Below, one piece after another: positions 1 through 13,658 of a stretch of DNA of 64,000 nucleotides (position 1 is its first letter; each line of letters starts with the position of its first letter). The DNA comes from the human T2T-CHM13v2.0 reference genome, Homo sapiens, in the NCBI RefSeq assembly GCF_009914755.1, contig NC_060935.1; one strand, written 5' to 3'. Both the position numbers and the translations under genes were made by a program. Below the pieces are notes generated by a model. The model was not told the DNA's origin, made no database searches, and was given only the letters and a program-made list of their open reading frames with translations.

Positions 1-690
1 GTCTGATATGTTCTCAGGTTAGATTCAGGCATTTTTGACATTTTGGGGAAAATGTCAAGAAGTCACGGTGTGTTTTTCTAGGTGCATCATATCTGGACTA
101 CATGATGTCAATATATTTCATTACTGGTCTTATTAACTTTGATCACTTAATAAATGTCCCATGGGAAGATATTTTGAAGCTATTCCTGTTTCTCATCACA
201 CTTTTTGTAGCCTACTAATTTTGGTATCCATTAATAATTCTTGTCTGCCAAAGTTATCACTGTTCTATTTTCCTAATGGTGGTTTTCTATTTTCATCATT
301 CTTTCCACATTGATCTATTGGACATCTACTGTAAGGAATATTTATTTATTCAAATATTTTATGTAGGTGTGAACTAATGGTTGTTTATTTTATTCATGAG
401 TTTTGATTTTTTTACTTAAACCATCCCAGATTTGGCCATCAGAACCCCTTCAGATTCATTCTTGCTTGTAACATGTCCCCATCCTTTTTTTGAGCACTTC
501 TTTCCTTTCTGGCACACAAGATATTATAAGTCATCTTGTACTTTCCCTTTCTCAGCCCTGTAATCAAATATTTATCCAGGGAGTTCTGGTTCCTTTTATT
601 GGAAAAACCAATATCTAGGCACTAAGTGTGCTCTTTGCTACTAGGGTATCATTGTTCTAGGCCTTCTCAGTGGACAGGGCTAGAAAATAG
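1..690 (-). mobile_element. Old L1M 3' region (L1MC-like), antisense
   Basis: T-rich degenerate sequence with L1M 3'UTR-type phrases, e.g. TGAGCACTTCTTTCCTTTCTGGCAC and TCTAGGCCTTCTCAGTGGACAGGGCTAGAAAATA. Confidence 0.55.
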
Positions 691-834
691 ACAATGTGTA
701 CTCACACACATTCACACGGAAGCATCTTTGTTTTTATGTTTTTTTAATATATTTTATCTCTTTATTTTATATCTATTTTTATAGATTTTTATACTATCTA
801 TTATATATCTCTATAAATCCATCTTTTATCTATC

Positions 835-1552
835 TGTCAGTGTTTTTCAGAGAAACAATCAATAGGAAATATGTATCTATATATATAGAATCAGCAACAA
901 AGATATATCTATATATAGAATCAGTAGGAATTATATATTTATATATAGATATAAATAATATATAGATATAGATAATATATACAATCTATTATAATATATA
1001 ATCTATATAACTACATATATCTATGTATATAGATATATATTATATATAGATATCTATATCTATATAGATATAGATAATTTTGTGAGCCAATTCCTTATAA
1101 CATATATATATATATAATATAATAAACCTCTCTCTATATCTATAGATATAGAGAGAGATTTATTATATGGAATCGGCTCACACAATTTATGGAGACTAAG
1201 AAGTTCTACAACCTGTTGTCTGTAGGAAAGCCAGTGGTGTAGTTCTAATCTGAGTCCCAAAGCCTAAGAGCCAGGAGAACCGATGATATAAGTCCAAGTG
1301 CAAGGGAAGACTGATATCCTGGTCAGGGAAAGAGAGATAATTCTCTCTTCTGTTACCATTTGGTCTATTCAAGCCTCCAAAAGATTCAGTGAGGCCCACC
1401 TACACTGGGGAGTGCAATCTGTGTTACTTAGTGCACCAATTCAAATGTTAATGTCATCCAGAAACACTTACAAATGTATGCTAAATAATTTTTAATCAAA
1501 TATCTGGGCACCCTGTGGCCCTGTCAAGCCAACACATAAAATTAACCATTAT
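835..1552 (-). mobile_element. MLT2-family (ERVL) solo LTR with an expanded internal (TA)/(TAGA) tract
   Basis: The reverse complement starts ATGGTTAATTTTATGTGTTGGCTTGAC...CCCAGATATTTG (MLT2 5' end) and ends CCTATTGATTGTTTCTCTG...GACA. Confidence 0.75.
870..1170. repeat. Low-complexity (TA)n/(TATAGA)n microsatellite
   Basis: Directly visible. Confidence 0.9.
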
Positions 1553-1627
1553 TCTATCTATCTGTCTATCTATCTATCTATCATCTATCTATCTATCTAT
1601 CTATCTGTCTATCTATCTATCTATCTA
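1553..1627. repeat. (TCTA)n tetranucleotide STR, interrupted
   Basis: Directly visible, with TCTG variant units. Confidence 0.95.
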
Positions 1628-1629
1628 AT

Positions 1630-3130
1630 TTGTCTACGTGATCTATCTAGAACCATGATTTTATGCTGATCCCTCTAATTTCAATTAAACTACAATGTTC
1701 ATTCTAGCCTTTTCCATTGTCTTACTTGTAACCATTTCTCTGATAGTGAGGGACCTGGTATTCATTATCCACAATATATTTGCTTATTTGTTCAATCCTG
1801 GAGCATACATGAAGTGTTTCAGGATTGCTAGCCTTTACCTCTGTGGAAAAAAACAAAAACAAAAAACTTAATTTGCCAACTTGAATACAATTTTTTTGTA
1901 GAATTCGTTTCATTTTTAGCCTAATAATACACAGTCAAAATATTGTTTGACAAAGTTACTTAGGTTAGTTCTTTTCTTCTCCTTTCCTTTGGTGTAATTA
2001 TATTATTAATTTGTCATATATTGGGATCATGTTTATTGTTTGTATTTCATTGGGAATCTCCTCATATCTTGGTTGATTTTAACTTTTTAAATTTGTTCTG
2101 GGGATATGCTAAATATACTAAGAGTCAGAGCTAGACACTAAAAATGATATACTCAGAGAAGAGTCATTTTCCATCATCTTTGCTACCCCATACCCAGTGC
2201 CCCATTCTTTCCACCCTGTTCCCACCCAGCACCTTTCAGTAACTATTGCCGGTAGTGTCTAGTTTATCCTTCCTGTATTTCTTTTTCACAACTTAGCAGA
2301 TCCCAATATATTTTCTGATATCTCTGTCTTTCTTACATGAAGGTTAGCATGCTATAAATACACTTTATGCTTTGTTTTTTTGATGTAACAGGATATATAA
2401 AAATCAACTGTTTTTTTACAGTTACATGGTACTCTACTGAGTGAATGAGCCATAGTTTATTCAACCAAAACCACTCTCCTATCTGACCATTTTCCTTCCT
2501 AATATTTTGCAATTACAACCAATGCTGAAATGAATAACCTTTCATGTATGTATTTCCATAGTACTGAACATATATTTTCAGTGTAGGTTCCTAGAACTGG
2601 AATTCCTGGGTCAAAAGTAAGTGTGTATGTAGTTTTGTCAAGCATTGCCAAATTATCACCAAGGATGGTTGTGCCAGTTTGCATCCTCATCAGCAGTGCA
2701 GAAGAATGCTTGTTTCTCTACAGTCTTGCCAACAGAATATATTGTCTGCTTGTTAATTTTCACCAATATAATAGGTGAGAAAAGTTACGTAAGTTAAGTA
2801 TTGGTTTAATTTGCATTTATCTAATAATGATTGGTGATCTGAACTTTTTTTGTATATCTAAGGGCTATTTTCTATATTTTTGTGTGAACTGTCTGTTCAT
2901 GTCTTTTTTTTTTTCATTTTCTTAGCATGCTTTTGGTCCTTTAACCCTCAATTTTCAAGAGTTCTTTATGTAGTAAGTAGATCAATTTTTGTCTGTGTTA
3001 TATGTCGCAAATATTTCACCCCTAGTTTTGGTTATCTTTTGGTCTTTTTAATATGGTGTTTGTTGTCCTGCAAACTTTTTCTCTATTTTTATGTGATCAA
3101 ATTGATTAAACTTTTCTTTTGCCTATAAAT
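1630..3130 (-). mobile_element. Old L1M fragments, antisense
   Basis: L1 ORF2/3' antisense phrases such as CCTAGAACTGGAATTCCTGGGTCAAAA, TTGCATCCTCATCAGCAGTGCAGAAGAATG and TTTAATTTGCATTTATCTAAT. Confidence 0.7.
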
Positions 3131-3254
3131 TTTATGTATATTTTTAAACATGTGCCTGTTCCATCCCTGAAAGTCTTAGGCATTACTGCAGCACAAAAGA
3201 GAGGAAGAGCTTACTCTAGGAGATTTTAAACCAGAGAGAGTAGGGAAGTCGAAA

Positions 3255-3460
3255 ACCCCAGGGCTCTGAAGTCAGGTGGATTCCATTCCCACCTACTTTC
3301 AGTGACTTCTATTGAGCTGTGGGACCTCTGGCGAAGTATTTAACCTCCCGGAGCCTGGTTTTTCTCATTTGTAAAATGAGATGATAGAACCTACCTTGCA
3401 CTGCTATGAGGATTTGAAATGCTTGTTTCAATACATGGCACTAAGGAGACATGTTATTAT
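3255..3460 (+). mobile_element. MIR
   Basis: MIR core AAGTATTTAACCTC...GAGCCTGGTTTTTCTCATTTGTAAAATGAGATGATAG. Confidence 0.75.
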
Positions 3461-4450
3461 TATTATTATATTCATAATACATCAAATGCCAAGTAATATT
3501 TTAATGAAAACCTTGATAGGTGTCTGATTTTTTTTTCTCAACATTGTCTCATCAAGGCACCACCACTTCCATAAGAACAATGAATCTGAGAGATTTTCAC
3601 CCATTCACCACAATTGTTCTTTTTTCTCTCTGAAATACTTTGTCTTTTGAAATACTATCATGTCTCTGTTCTATAATGAATTCAGAGAAAAGTTATGAGG
3701 ATAAAGGAGTTAACATCCATAACGCACGCTGAGCTGGCAGATAAGAGCATCAAAATGAGTTCCAGAAAGAATTCTAATTAACTAAATTTATTATCACCTT
3801 ATCTCTCCAAAGCCCCTTCTTGCCCCCAACCTCAAGTTGAAAGTTTTGTGGTCATTCCCCAAAGGACACATACTCCTTCGAACCAGGAATCAGCTGGCAC
3901 TGGTTATTGTCGGTACCACAAAAGTACTCACTAGAATTCCTGTTGCCAAATGTGTTCTTCCTTTAACAGGCAATTCCTTTTCAGTTTCCCTGTGAAACTA
4001 AACAGAAGCCCATAGGGAAGTCTGATGTCACCTTTGATGTCAATACCATTCAAAGCAAACACAACCAAGACTATTTCCTTAATCTTTGGCAGCTACTTCT
4101 TCTAAATTATTTGAACATGATGAAGTTCCCATCTACCAATAAGTTAATCAGGTGGGTGTGTACCTTGATAGAGTACAGATGTCTTGCAGGACAGAAAGAA
4201 TATCTAAGGGTCCATGGATAGGAATATATATATTTTTTATATAGTTAACTGACGTTTGTTTTTCTCATTGCTTTATCCCCAGTGGAGTGATTTGGAAATA
4301 GTTGTTTTTCTACCTTTTGCAATTCCTCAGAGCTTCAGGGCACATGCAAACGGATGGGGAGGGAAAAGACAGGAAGGGAAAAAGGAAAAGCAGCTAATTT
4401 GGATTGCAATTCTGTAATCTATGCGCTACACTAGCTACTTAGAGACTGCA

Positions 4451-4745
4451 TTATTATTATTATTATTATTGACATAGTCTTCCTCTGTCACACAGGCTGG
4501 GGTGCAGTGGCATGATCACAGTTCAGGGTAATCTTGAAATCCTGGGCTCCAGTGATCCTCCCACCTCAGCCTCCTGAGGAGCTGGGACTACAGGTACATG
4601 CACTACCAAGCCCGGCTAATTTTTAAATTTTTTGTAGAGATGGGGATCTCTCCATTTCCCCAGGGTGGTCCCAAACTCCTGGCCTCAAGTGATCCTCCTG
4701 CCTCAGCCTCCCAAAGTGTTGAGATTACAGGCCTGAACCCCAGAG
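4451..4745 (-). mobile_element. AluJ with (TAA)n tail
   Basis: Dimeric Alu with J-type diagnostics (AACTCCTGGCCTCAAGTGATCCTCC). Confidence 0.9.
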
Positions 4746-4757
4746 CTTTATTATTTT

Positions 4758-6240
4758 AGTGGCTCTCAGTCAAGGGGATGCCACCTCCAAATGGCATTTT
4801 GAAAATTTGTGGAACCACTTTTTTGTTGTGATAAAAATGGAAGAGTACTGCTGCCATTTATGGGGTGGTGTATTATATAATAAAAATAAATATTTTGCTT
4901 TTTGTCCCCTTTTCTGGCACATAGCTTCTAAAACTCAGTCTCCTGAGTGATAATTATCTTTTGTATGCTAATGAGATATTTCTTGGGGTGAAGAGCCAGA
5001 GCTAGATAGCTTCAGGATGGGAGCTGGTCACCACAAAGACAAAACCATGATTAGAGGGCTGGAACTTTCAGCTTACTCCCAACCTGCTGCACCAGCCCTC
5101 TCTAACCTCTGGGAAAGAGAGAGAAACTAAGAGATTTGAGTTCAATCACCAATAGTCAGTGATTTAATCAATCATGTCTACGTTATAAAACCTCCAAGGA
5201 AGTCTGAACAACAGGGTTTGGAGAGCTTCCTGGTTGGTGGACACATCAATGTGCCAGGAGGGAGGTGTGCCAGGCCAGAGAGAGCATGAAAGCTCTGCCC
5301 CTCCCTCTCTCCCACCCCAAACCTTGCCCTACACATCTCTTCCATTTGGCTGTTTCTGAATGTATCCTTTATAATAAACTTGTAATAGGAAGTATAGTAC
5401 TTTCCTGACTTCTACAAGTTGTTCTAGTGAATTTTGAAGGGTGGAAACCCCTCTATTTGTAGTTGGTTGAACAGACGTCTGGGTAGCTCGGGCACCCCAT
5501 TTGCAGCTGGCATCTGAAGTGGGACAATTTTGTGGGACTAAGTCCTTAACCTGTGGCATCTGCACTAATTCCAGACAGTGTCAGAATTGAATTGAATTGT
5601 TGGACACCCAGCTGGTGTTGGAAAAAACTATACAAGTGGGAACCAAAAATGCATTATGCTCTATAACCTGCAATGCCTGGAACAGCTCTGCATGAGGAAG
5701 AATTATCCTGCATCCTACATGAATTTCAAAGGGCCCACTGGAACAGCTTTGGAGGTAAAAACTTGTTTGCGACTATCTAGGCCTAGAACCTGCGTTCATT
5801 TTACTTACGAAGTATTTTTTGCATAGTTTTTACATTCACAGTTTTTACATACATATAACTTTCTAGGAATGCAACTATGATGTAAGCTGAAGGAAGACCG
5901 CACTTTATTTTGTGCTCTGTGATACTTGAGTGTTAATACTACATACCTGTGCTGGTCTGCATTTGTACCTGTCACATATATGGTGAAAAATGTAGGTGCA
6001 AAATCACATCACTTAGTTATATCATCTAGTGTAGTTGTGCCTCAGCATTTAAACTTTATTTCATTATAAATTTCTTTTATATCTTTATGTCACATGTGGG
6101 CATTATATGGATTTTTTATTATGTGTGTATGTAGGTTACATAATTTATGAATTTTCTGTCAAGATAGCAAAGGAGGTATTTGCAAAATATTTGCAATAAA
6201 ATTATTACAGCATCTGTTCCAAAAGGGTTGAGACTCACTG
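4758..6240 (+). mobile_element. MER20B-like hAT-Charlie element, split by the LTR at 4869-5634
   Basis: Begins AGTGGCTCTCAG... and ends ...GGTTGAGACTCACTG (Charlie-type TIRs). MER20-like internal phrases occur on both sides of the LTR. Confidence 0.55.
4869..5634 (+). mobile_element. MER21-like (ERVL) solo LTR
   Basis: TG...CA ends with a 4/5 TSD (GGTGG/AGTGG). Contains the phrases GGAGCTGGTCACC...CATGATTAGAGGG and GTGTCAGAATTGAATTGAATTG and an internal AATAAA. Confidence 0.7.
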
Positions 6241-6259
6241 TATTCTTTCATCAACTGAA

Positions 6260-6410
6260 CACAACAATTTTGAGAAGATCTCTTATTAGCCCCATCTTGT
6301 AGGTGCAGGAACTCTAGCTCAAATGGTTAACTCTCTTGCCCAAAGCCACACAGCCAGTAAGTGGCAAAGCCAGGAGTCAAACTCTTTCTGTTTCCAAAGC
6401 CCTGAACTTG
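6260..6410 (-). mobile_element. MIR
   Basis: CTTGCCCAAAGCCACACAGCCAGTAAGTGGCAAAGCCAGG. Confidence 0.65.
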
Positions 6411-7274
6411 GTGAAAACAAGAGGACAAAAGACAGAGGGATGAATTAAGGCATAAGGATAGAGGAAGAAAGAGGAGAAAGGGAAAAAAGAGGAACAGTAT
6501 GAGAACAGGAAAAAGATACAAATCAATTTTTGTTTCAATTTTTAAACTCTATAGAGTACTTTAAATATATTAAAAAGCTCTCATTAATAATGTTGTATGA
6601 TGCCTGCTATATACAGGGTATATTAATGCTGAGGATAGAAAAATAATTTTTTAAGAATATGACAAAATCCTATCCCTGAGAAATCGGAAGCTGAGTTGGG
6701 ACGGTAGAATACATTCTTTTTAAAATAAATAAATGAATACACAATATCAGCCAAGATACATTACGTGCAAAAGGAGAGAGGTAACATCATCTATTCATCT
6801 AAATGTATCTAGTTTCTAGATAGCCTTTCCCTTCTCATGCCATAGACAAGAAACAGGGAGCTAAATGGTTATGTGCTCAATGGAAATGTTATGTGACTAG
6901 CACATACATTTTTCCCTCCTAAGTAATATTGATTCCTGAAACCATGGTTGATTCTGGCTTTATAAGACACAATTTAACACCAGTTTTTCCATTCCACAGT
7001 TAAAGCCTTGAGGATGCAAGGACTTTTACTGGAAGAAAATACAACAGCCCCAAAAGTGCGGATCAGTCAATTTGCCAGTAAATGCATATCGTGTTTTGTG
7101 CCATGTCCAAATGTTGTAGCTATTACAGGGCACGTGACTGGCTTACTTCCTGATCCTATGCAAAGCTACTGGTTTTCTCACTCCTCACTAGTCCCTAGAA
7201 CTTATTGTAAGGGGAACTGGAATCTCTTTGTCCAAGTGGGTTTTTTTTGTTTGTTTGTTTCAAGGACTCACAGG

Positions 7275-8307
7275 CAGAGGCAGATTTCTGTGAAGACAAT
7301 GAAGCTCAAGATTAAGGGCCTCTTATTTACACAGGTCCCTCCTGAGGCCTAGGGAGAAGGCCAACAATAAGTTCACATGGTCACCAGTTTTAATAGCATT
7401 TCAAAAGTAAGATATTGTCACTACAACTGGTTAAGGCTATTGTCTCTTTCCACTTGGGTTCCCCCTCCTTCACATGCCCTTTTGTTTCAGAGGGCAATGG
7501 AGCAGCCATGGGTATTTTCATCTCTAGCTAGGGAGAACTTGAGATGAAGATACATTTAGTTTGAGTGTAGTAAGATATATCTTTGTGGTTTACATTCACT
7601 TCGGTACACAGTTAAGTAGGTTTAGCTGTCCTGGGGTAAAAATGTCTTCCAGGAATATTTCTTTCCTTGACTGGCTGGCTCACCCATCTTCAACTGTGTC
7701 ATGAAGATACAAGACCAGCAGCTGTGTGAACTACCAGTGTCATATAGTGCCTGGCATCTGATGCTTATGACTAGTGTAGAGAAGCAAGGTGTGAAATGTT
7801 TAGAGCCAGAAGTTGGTCTATGGAAAATTCTTCCAAATCTTAGAGCTCACATATAAAAGAAACATGTAGAGGCTTGCACGAATTTGACAACAATCCTAAA
7901 AATTTATTGATATTACTCATCACAACTGGTGTAGCTAAAAAAACTTTTCTAACCTACCAAAATAAAAAAACAAATTCTGATGATAAAGACAAGACTGAAT
8001 TATCTCTTTATTTTTGCTTTAGAAAATAATACTACAAAATGATTGTTAAATAAGAGTTGATTCAAAAAATGTAGGAAATAAAAATAATAAAGAGATTAGA
8101 CAATTAATAAAATTATGTTATTTTTCTGACTTTTGTGATGTCTGGATTATTGTTAGCTTTTTAAAATCTATACTTTATTATGTTTTTCTATTCAAAATAA
8201 AATTACTTTTGCACCTAACTTTGTAATTACTTTTATATTAGTTGTCTTAAAGAGAGCCTCTCAAATTGTATAAATGTTGGGTCTCATAAAACTTGAATTC
8301 ATCCCTG
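7275..8307 (+). mobile_element. Arthur1/MER69-like hAT-Tip100 DNA transposon relic
   Basis: Termini CAGAGGCAGATTT... and ...AATTCATCCCTG. Decayed hAT C-terminal dimerisation-domain coding remnants at ~7865-8040 (VEACTNLTTILKIY*...RLNYLFIFALEN). Confidence 0.6.
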
Positions 8308-11300
8308 TTCATGAGGCCTGCGTTAGCTATTTTCAAAGTGCTGTTAGGCAAAGATGGTTAGATTTGTTTTATACAGTACCAGAAGGCTAGAACTTTAATG
8401 ATGGGAGTTACAGAAGGACAGATTTCAGGTCACTTTAAAAATATATTTTTAAATTCAGAGGCTTCCGAAGACGCAGAGGGAAGCTATAAGGAGCAATGAG
8501 TTCTGTGAACAGTGGAGCTACTTAAGTAGAGGCTGCACAGTCATTACCCATGGCCATTGTCTCCCAGGCTCAAGCTTGGAAGACTGGGTGTTAATGAGTT
8601 TTCAGAGATATCACGCTGCAGAGTCTCTGCTTCTACCTGTCTGTCGTACTCTCATGCTCCTCCTTCTGTCTCCAACTTTGTTCTCACAGTAGAATCTTGG
8701 GGAGGGGGGCTGAGAGAGATGGGAATAATGAGAGCAGAAAACACGAAACAACAATCTTTTTATGAAGAGGAACTGAGGGCTCAGAAGTGAGATTAATAGC
8801 ATGGCATGTTCAGCAGTTGAGAGGGAATCCACAGCAGACAGCTTCCAGAAACACCTCTACAAGCTTCTCAAAGACCTAATCACATCCTGAGGGAAAGGCT
8901 CAGCGATTCACTAAACGGTGGAGGCAGTTGCTTTGACATTAGCCTTTTCAAAGTGTCACTTCCACACCATGAGCCCAACATGCCACCCAGAAAATGTAAC
9001 TGAACATCAGTTTTGCTTTTCCTCTTGCTTAACTGTTTTAAATGTCCTTGAACTGCATTTCTCCACCAGGCTTAATTTTATGGATTGTGGATTACATTTA
9101 CTGCTCAGCACTTCTTGCTCAACCCTGGGCAATCCCAGACCTACTGAGTTGTTAACTCACATGGTCAGCATTAATGTCTGAGACTAGTTATAGCAAATGA
9201 CTGTAGCATAGCGCGAATAACACCTGGCCTTACAGCATCCCAATGAAATCAGCACTTTGGTTCTTCTTTTGCACCCAGCAAAAACCCAGGAGGAATGTGA
9301 GAGTAATGACTTGGGTTAATTGTGCTTGTCTTCCGAAGAGTTCAAATTTCTATCCCAGTCTTACTACCTCCCTTATCTTGGAAAATTGTATTTGAAAGCC
9401 GTAGAATGGATAGTTTCCCCATCTTACGGGCATGTTGTAGAATTCCATAGAAAGATTGTAACTTCTTCAAAATCACACAAAAAGTCATTATGTTATCCTG
9501 CTTCTTCTTTTGTCTTGTTATGTTTTCTTTCACTAGCCCAAGTCACTTGGCTATAATAATTCCAAGAAGTGGCTGTAGAAAATACAAATGGTTTTTGAAC
9601 CATAAGAATCATAAAGCTGAAAAGGACCCTAAGAGATATTTATTGTTTGCACCTTTATGTTTCGAACATCTTCTCAGATAAAGTTGACTACGACTTGCTA
9701 CATGTATGACCATCTTGAAGCCACCTTATCTAGTGATGGAAATGAAAAACCCACTCATGTCAGATGAATGAATCCAAGAAAGTAGAGTACGGTGAGTATA
9801 GCTAGTCTCTGAAGCTCACTAAAATCATTACTAAAATATTCCCAGTTCGGTGTTAATAACTTTACCAACTTTTCTGTTTTTTTTTATTATTATTTTTTCA
9901 GCCCCATTTGGTATAGATTGTTGTACTGTGGAAGTCTGTCACGTGCTAGGATGCTCAGGTTAAGAATGTCAGCAATTGTATTTAGGAGGAGGGCTAGCTG
10001 CAGCTGCTGAGGGTGGGAAGAAAATTCTGAATGTCCTCTCTTGATTCACTCAACCATCCCTCCCATTGCTCCCGTGAAGGGGAGGTTGACAAATTCCTGA
10101 TATCAAAACCAGCTGTCAGAACAACATAGGGTAATAGCTGTCCTTGTCAAATGTACCAATTAATTCACCTGACTGTCAATGCTGGGATTATTGATAGACT
10201 CCACAATCTGGCTGAGTAATGAAAGTTGAAGGCATTACTAAGTCCATTTCACCTCTGAACAGGTCTTGTAGTAGAACTGGGGCTGTCAGAGCTGGACAAT
10301 ATCAATAAACTTTTACCAAAATTGAAGCTTGATTTTTAAAAGTATGTGTGTAGGCAAGGGGTGGGAGTATCTCCAACCAAGTGTCAGTTACTATGAGACC
10401 AGTTCCCAAGAATATTACCAGAAAATGCTCAGAGGAAAGCACGGCAGATAAATAAACATTCTACTTGTTTATTCTGAAGTTTGTTTGCAAGCAGAAAAGA
10501 ATCAACACCTCATTATTTGAGGATACTAGTTAAGATTGCAGTAACCTGGAACTTCCTGTACTACTTACTCAGCTAAACATGGAAAACAGAAGTTTAGATT
10601 ATCAGGAGGCTAGCCAAATGATTTGGTAGGAAATATTCCTTATTCCTACATCAGGTTAATCCAGAGCCTATCATGAATGAGTACTCACGGCTAAAGATCT
10701 TTATTAACATATGCTGATATAATGTAAAATATTGTGAATTCCAGGATAAGGGTCACAATTAGATAGTACCAACAGGGAGGACCAGGGCAGTTAAAACCCT
10801 GATTGATTCTCCAGGAAAACAAAGGGTCATTTCTAAGGAAGTCAGCTAAGACAAGAAGGAGCAAGTAGGTACAATAGTATAGATGGATAAGATGTCAAAT
10901 ATAAGGATCATAAGATCAATATCTATGAACACGGTTGAACTCTGGTCTCTGCATTCTAACTTTGTTGCTTGTTTCTTCTACTAATTTATACTATTTGCCG
11001 AGCATGGACCATCATCAGCCCAAAGGTAATAGTAATAAAAAATACAATTTATTGAGCACTTGCTACATTCAAGCACTTTGCTTAAATTCTATATACATTA
11101 TCTCATTTAATCATAACAACCTTATGAGGCAGCTATGAGAGCATAAACATTTTTAATGTTCATAGACTTCTAGCCCAACAAAGAGACATCTGTAATAGCC
11201 ACCTAATCTTTCCTTGTATTCCTCCCTTTCAAAGGAGAAGGATTCTTTCTTGCTGGGAGAGAGGCCAAACATTGAGATAATTAATAAGATGCTGATAGAA

Positions 11301-11844
11301 GAGAGGGGTAAAGAGTGGAAGAATGACATGGAGATGGTGGTGGAGGATGGGTTTAGTTTTTCATAGTATTTGAAGGGAGAGTCTTTGGAGCAGCTGCAGG
11401 GAGTAAATTAAGTGGATGGGAAAGTGCAAAGGTTGATTTAATATTGCTGTAAACCAAGTATTAAATCCTCTATAAAGTCTGCAGGATTCCAGAAAAAATG
11501 AGGATATCTTTTCAACAACTTTTGGGCTGTTGAAATCAGTGCTTATGATATGTGACATTACTCTAAAGCAAAGCTACATGATCTCTGAGTTCATTAGGAT
11601 TAGGTATAAATATTATCTGTTTAAAGACAATGATATCCAAACCCAGAGAAATTATATAATTCACCTAAAGCTTTCAGTACATCTGTGTAACTATGATTTA
11701 GCAATAGGGACAAAACTACCCATTTTTACATTCCTACCCATGCCATTCTGGAACAATCTCATATTCCAGGATGTTCTTTGGTCAATTATACAAATTTCCT
11801 TCAGAATCCCAACTCAGAATTGAACTGCTTTTCTCTCAGTAATA

Positions 11845-12070
11845 ATACTTTCAAACATTGAATGCTCACTATGTGACAAGCTGTGCCAAACCCTTGACTT
11901 GCATTTTCTCACTTAATCTTCACATAATGCCCAGGTAGGTATGATTATCTCCAATACACAGAAGAGAAAGCTGAGGCCAGAGGAGATGAAGTAACTTCCC
12001 CAATGTTGCACAGCTAGCACAGAGCCGAGTCAGAGCTTAAACCCAGCTCTGTTTAGCTTCAAGCCTCTGC
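11845..12070 (-). mobile_element. MIR
   Basis: CAGAAGAGAAAGCTGAGGCCAGAGGAGATGAAGTAACTTCCCCAATGTTGCACAGCTAG. Confidence 0.75.
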
Positions 12071-12639
12071 CTCCCTTTTATCTTTAGGTTCAGTTTCTTT
12101 TGCTCCAGGCAAATGCAAATTGTTGGGAGGAAAACATCTTGAATTTTGTTCATAAACACTGTAAGCATTCTTCTCACCTCTGCCTGTTTTTTTTTTTTCC
12201 AGTTGTTTGGGTTGTCTGTTGGTCTAAAATTGGCACACCATTTGAATAACCTGTGTACTCAGAGGAGAGAAGCATAGAGCAAAAGAGAGAGCAGTGAATG
12301 CCAGGCAGGCTGGGGCACAGGGGTCCAGCGCTTGGATTAGCTTCCTCCCAGCCGCCTGATTGATAAGCTGGGATTTGTCTAGGCAGGCAGTCTTCAATTT
12401 GGATTTGTCAGGATCAGGAAGATTTGTTTTCTTCTGTAGTAATGTGAGGCTCAGGGTGAGTTCAGTGTAAGATTTATTCACCTTGACTATGATCTTTAAA
12501 ATCATGACCATGTTTCTCAAGTCATCCACCTAAGAAAACACAAGCATAGATTTTTGTAGCTTTTTCCAAGGGAAATAGCTTCTCATGAAAAGAAAACTTC
12601 CTTTTTTCTTTTTATACTTCACCTTGAGAGAAGTTATTT

Positions 12640-12988
<349 letters not shown>

Positions 12989-13658
12989 TAAAAGATACAA
13001 AGGAAGGAAGAAAAAAGGGCGATCCTGTCCTGATTTTTGTCCCAAGGATCATGACTATGATATTTCCCAATTAGATTTAGCTTCATGTATGAATGAAAAA
13101 TAGATGTTTGGTATCCAATAAAGTCATCTCTCTCTTCTTCCCCAATACCTCAATTCAGGAGGCTTTCATTTCATTTCATTTTATTTTTACTTTGGCCAAC
13201 TGAAGCTGTCATGTTCGGGGGCTAAATGTGTTGTCCTGCGTGCGCATCACATCCATCAATTAACGTTTCTGCCTTCTGTGCTAAAGGAATTATCTCCAAG
13301 TTCATCTTGATGAATTTTTCTCTCTACCTCATTACCCAAGCTGGATACAGCAGACTTTTCATGTTTAATGGCTGCCATCTTACACACGTTCTGATTCTTT
13401 TGAACACACACGTGCCTATTTATGGAGGCCCATGAACATTCCATTGACTACTTTTTTGCATTAGAAACACTTAGATTACAATAGCAATACAAGTCCCTTA
13501 TAAAATAAAATAAAACATTATATGTATTTTTTTAAGCGAGAGCCCTTGAAGAGATGTTCAATACATAATCAAGAGTGAAGTCATACTATATATATGTATA
13601 CTATACTACATACTCCTGCAATTTGATTTTTTCACTTACTTTATTTTTCAAATCGGTG

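Noticed and set aside
696-965. 89-aa Y/I/F-rich ORF
   Set aside because: Translation of AT-rich low-complexity and microsatellite sequence.
7860-8040. hAT transposase-like peptide as a domesticated gene
   Set aside because: Contains stops and frameshifts, and only a short C-terminal remnant is present.
8340-8560. Possible L3/CR1 fragment; also old L1ME/hAT-like stretches at ~26950-27680, 57690-58130, 60820-61100 and 63365-63600
   Set aside because: Too degenerate to assign a family or boundaries by eye.
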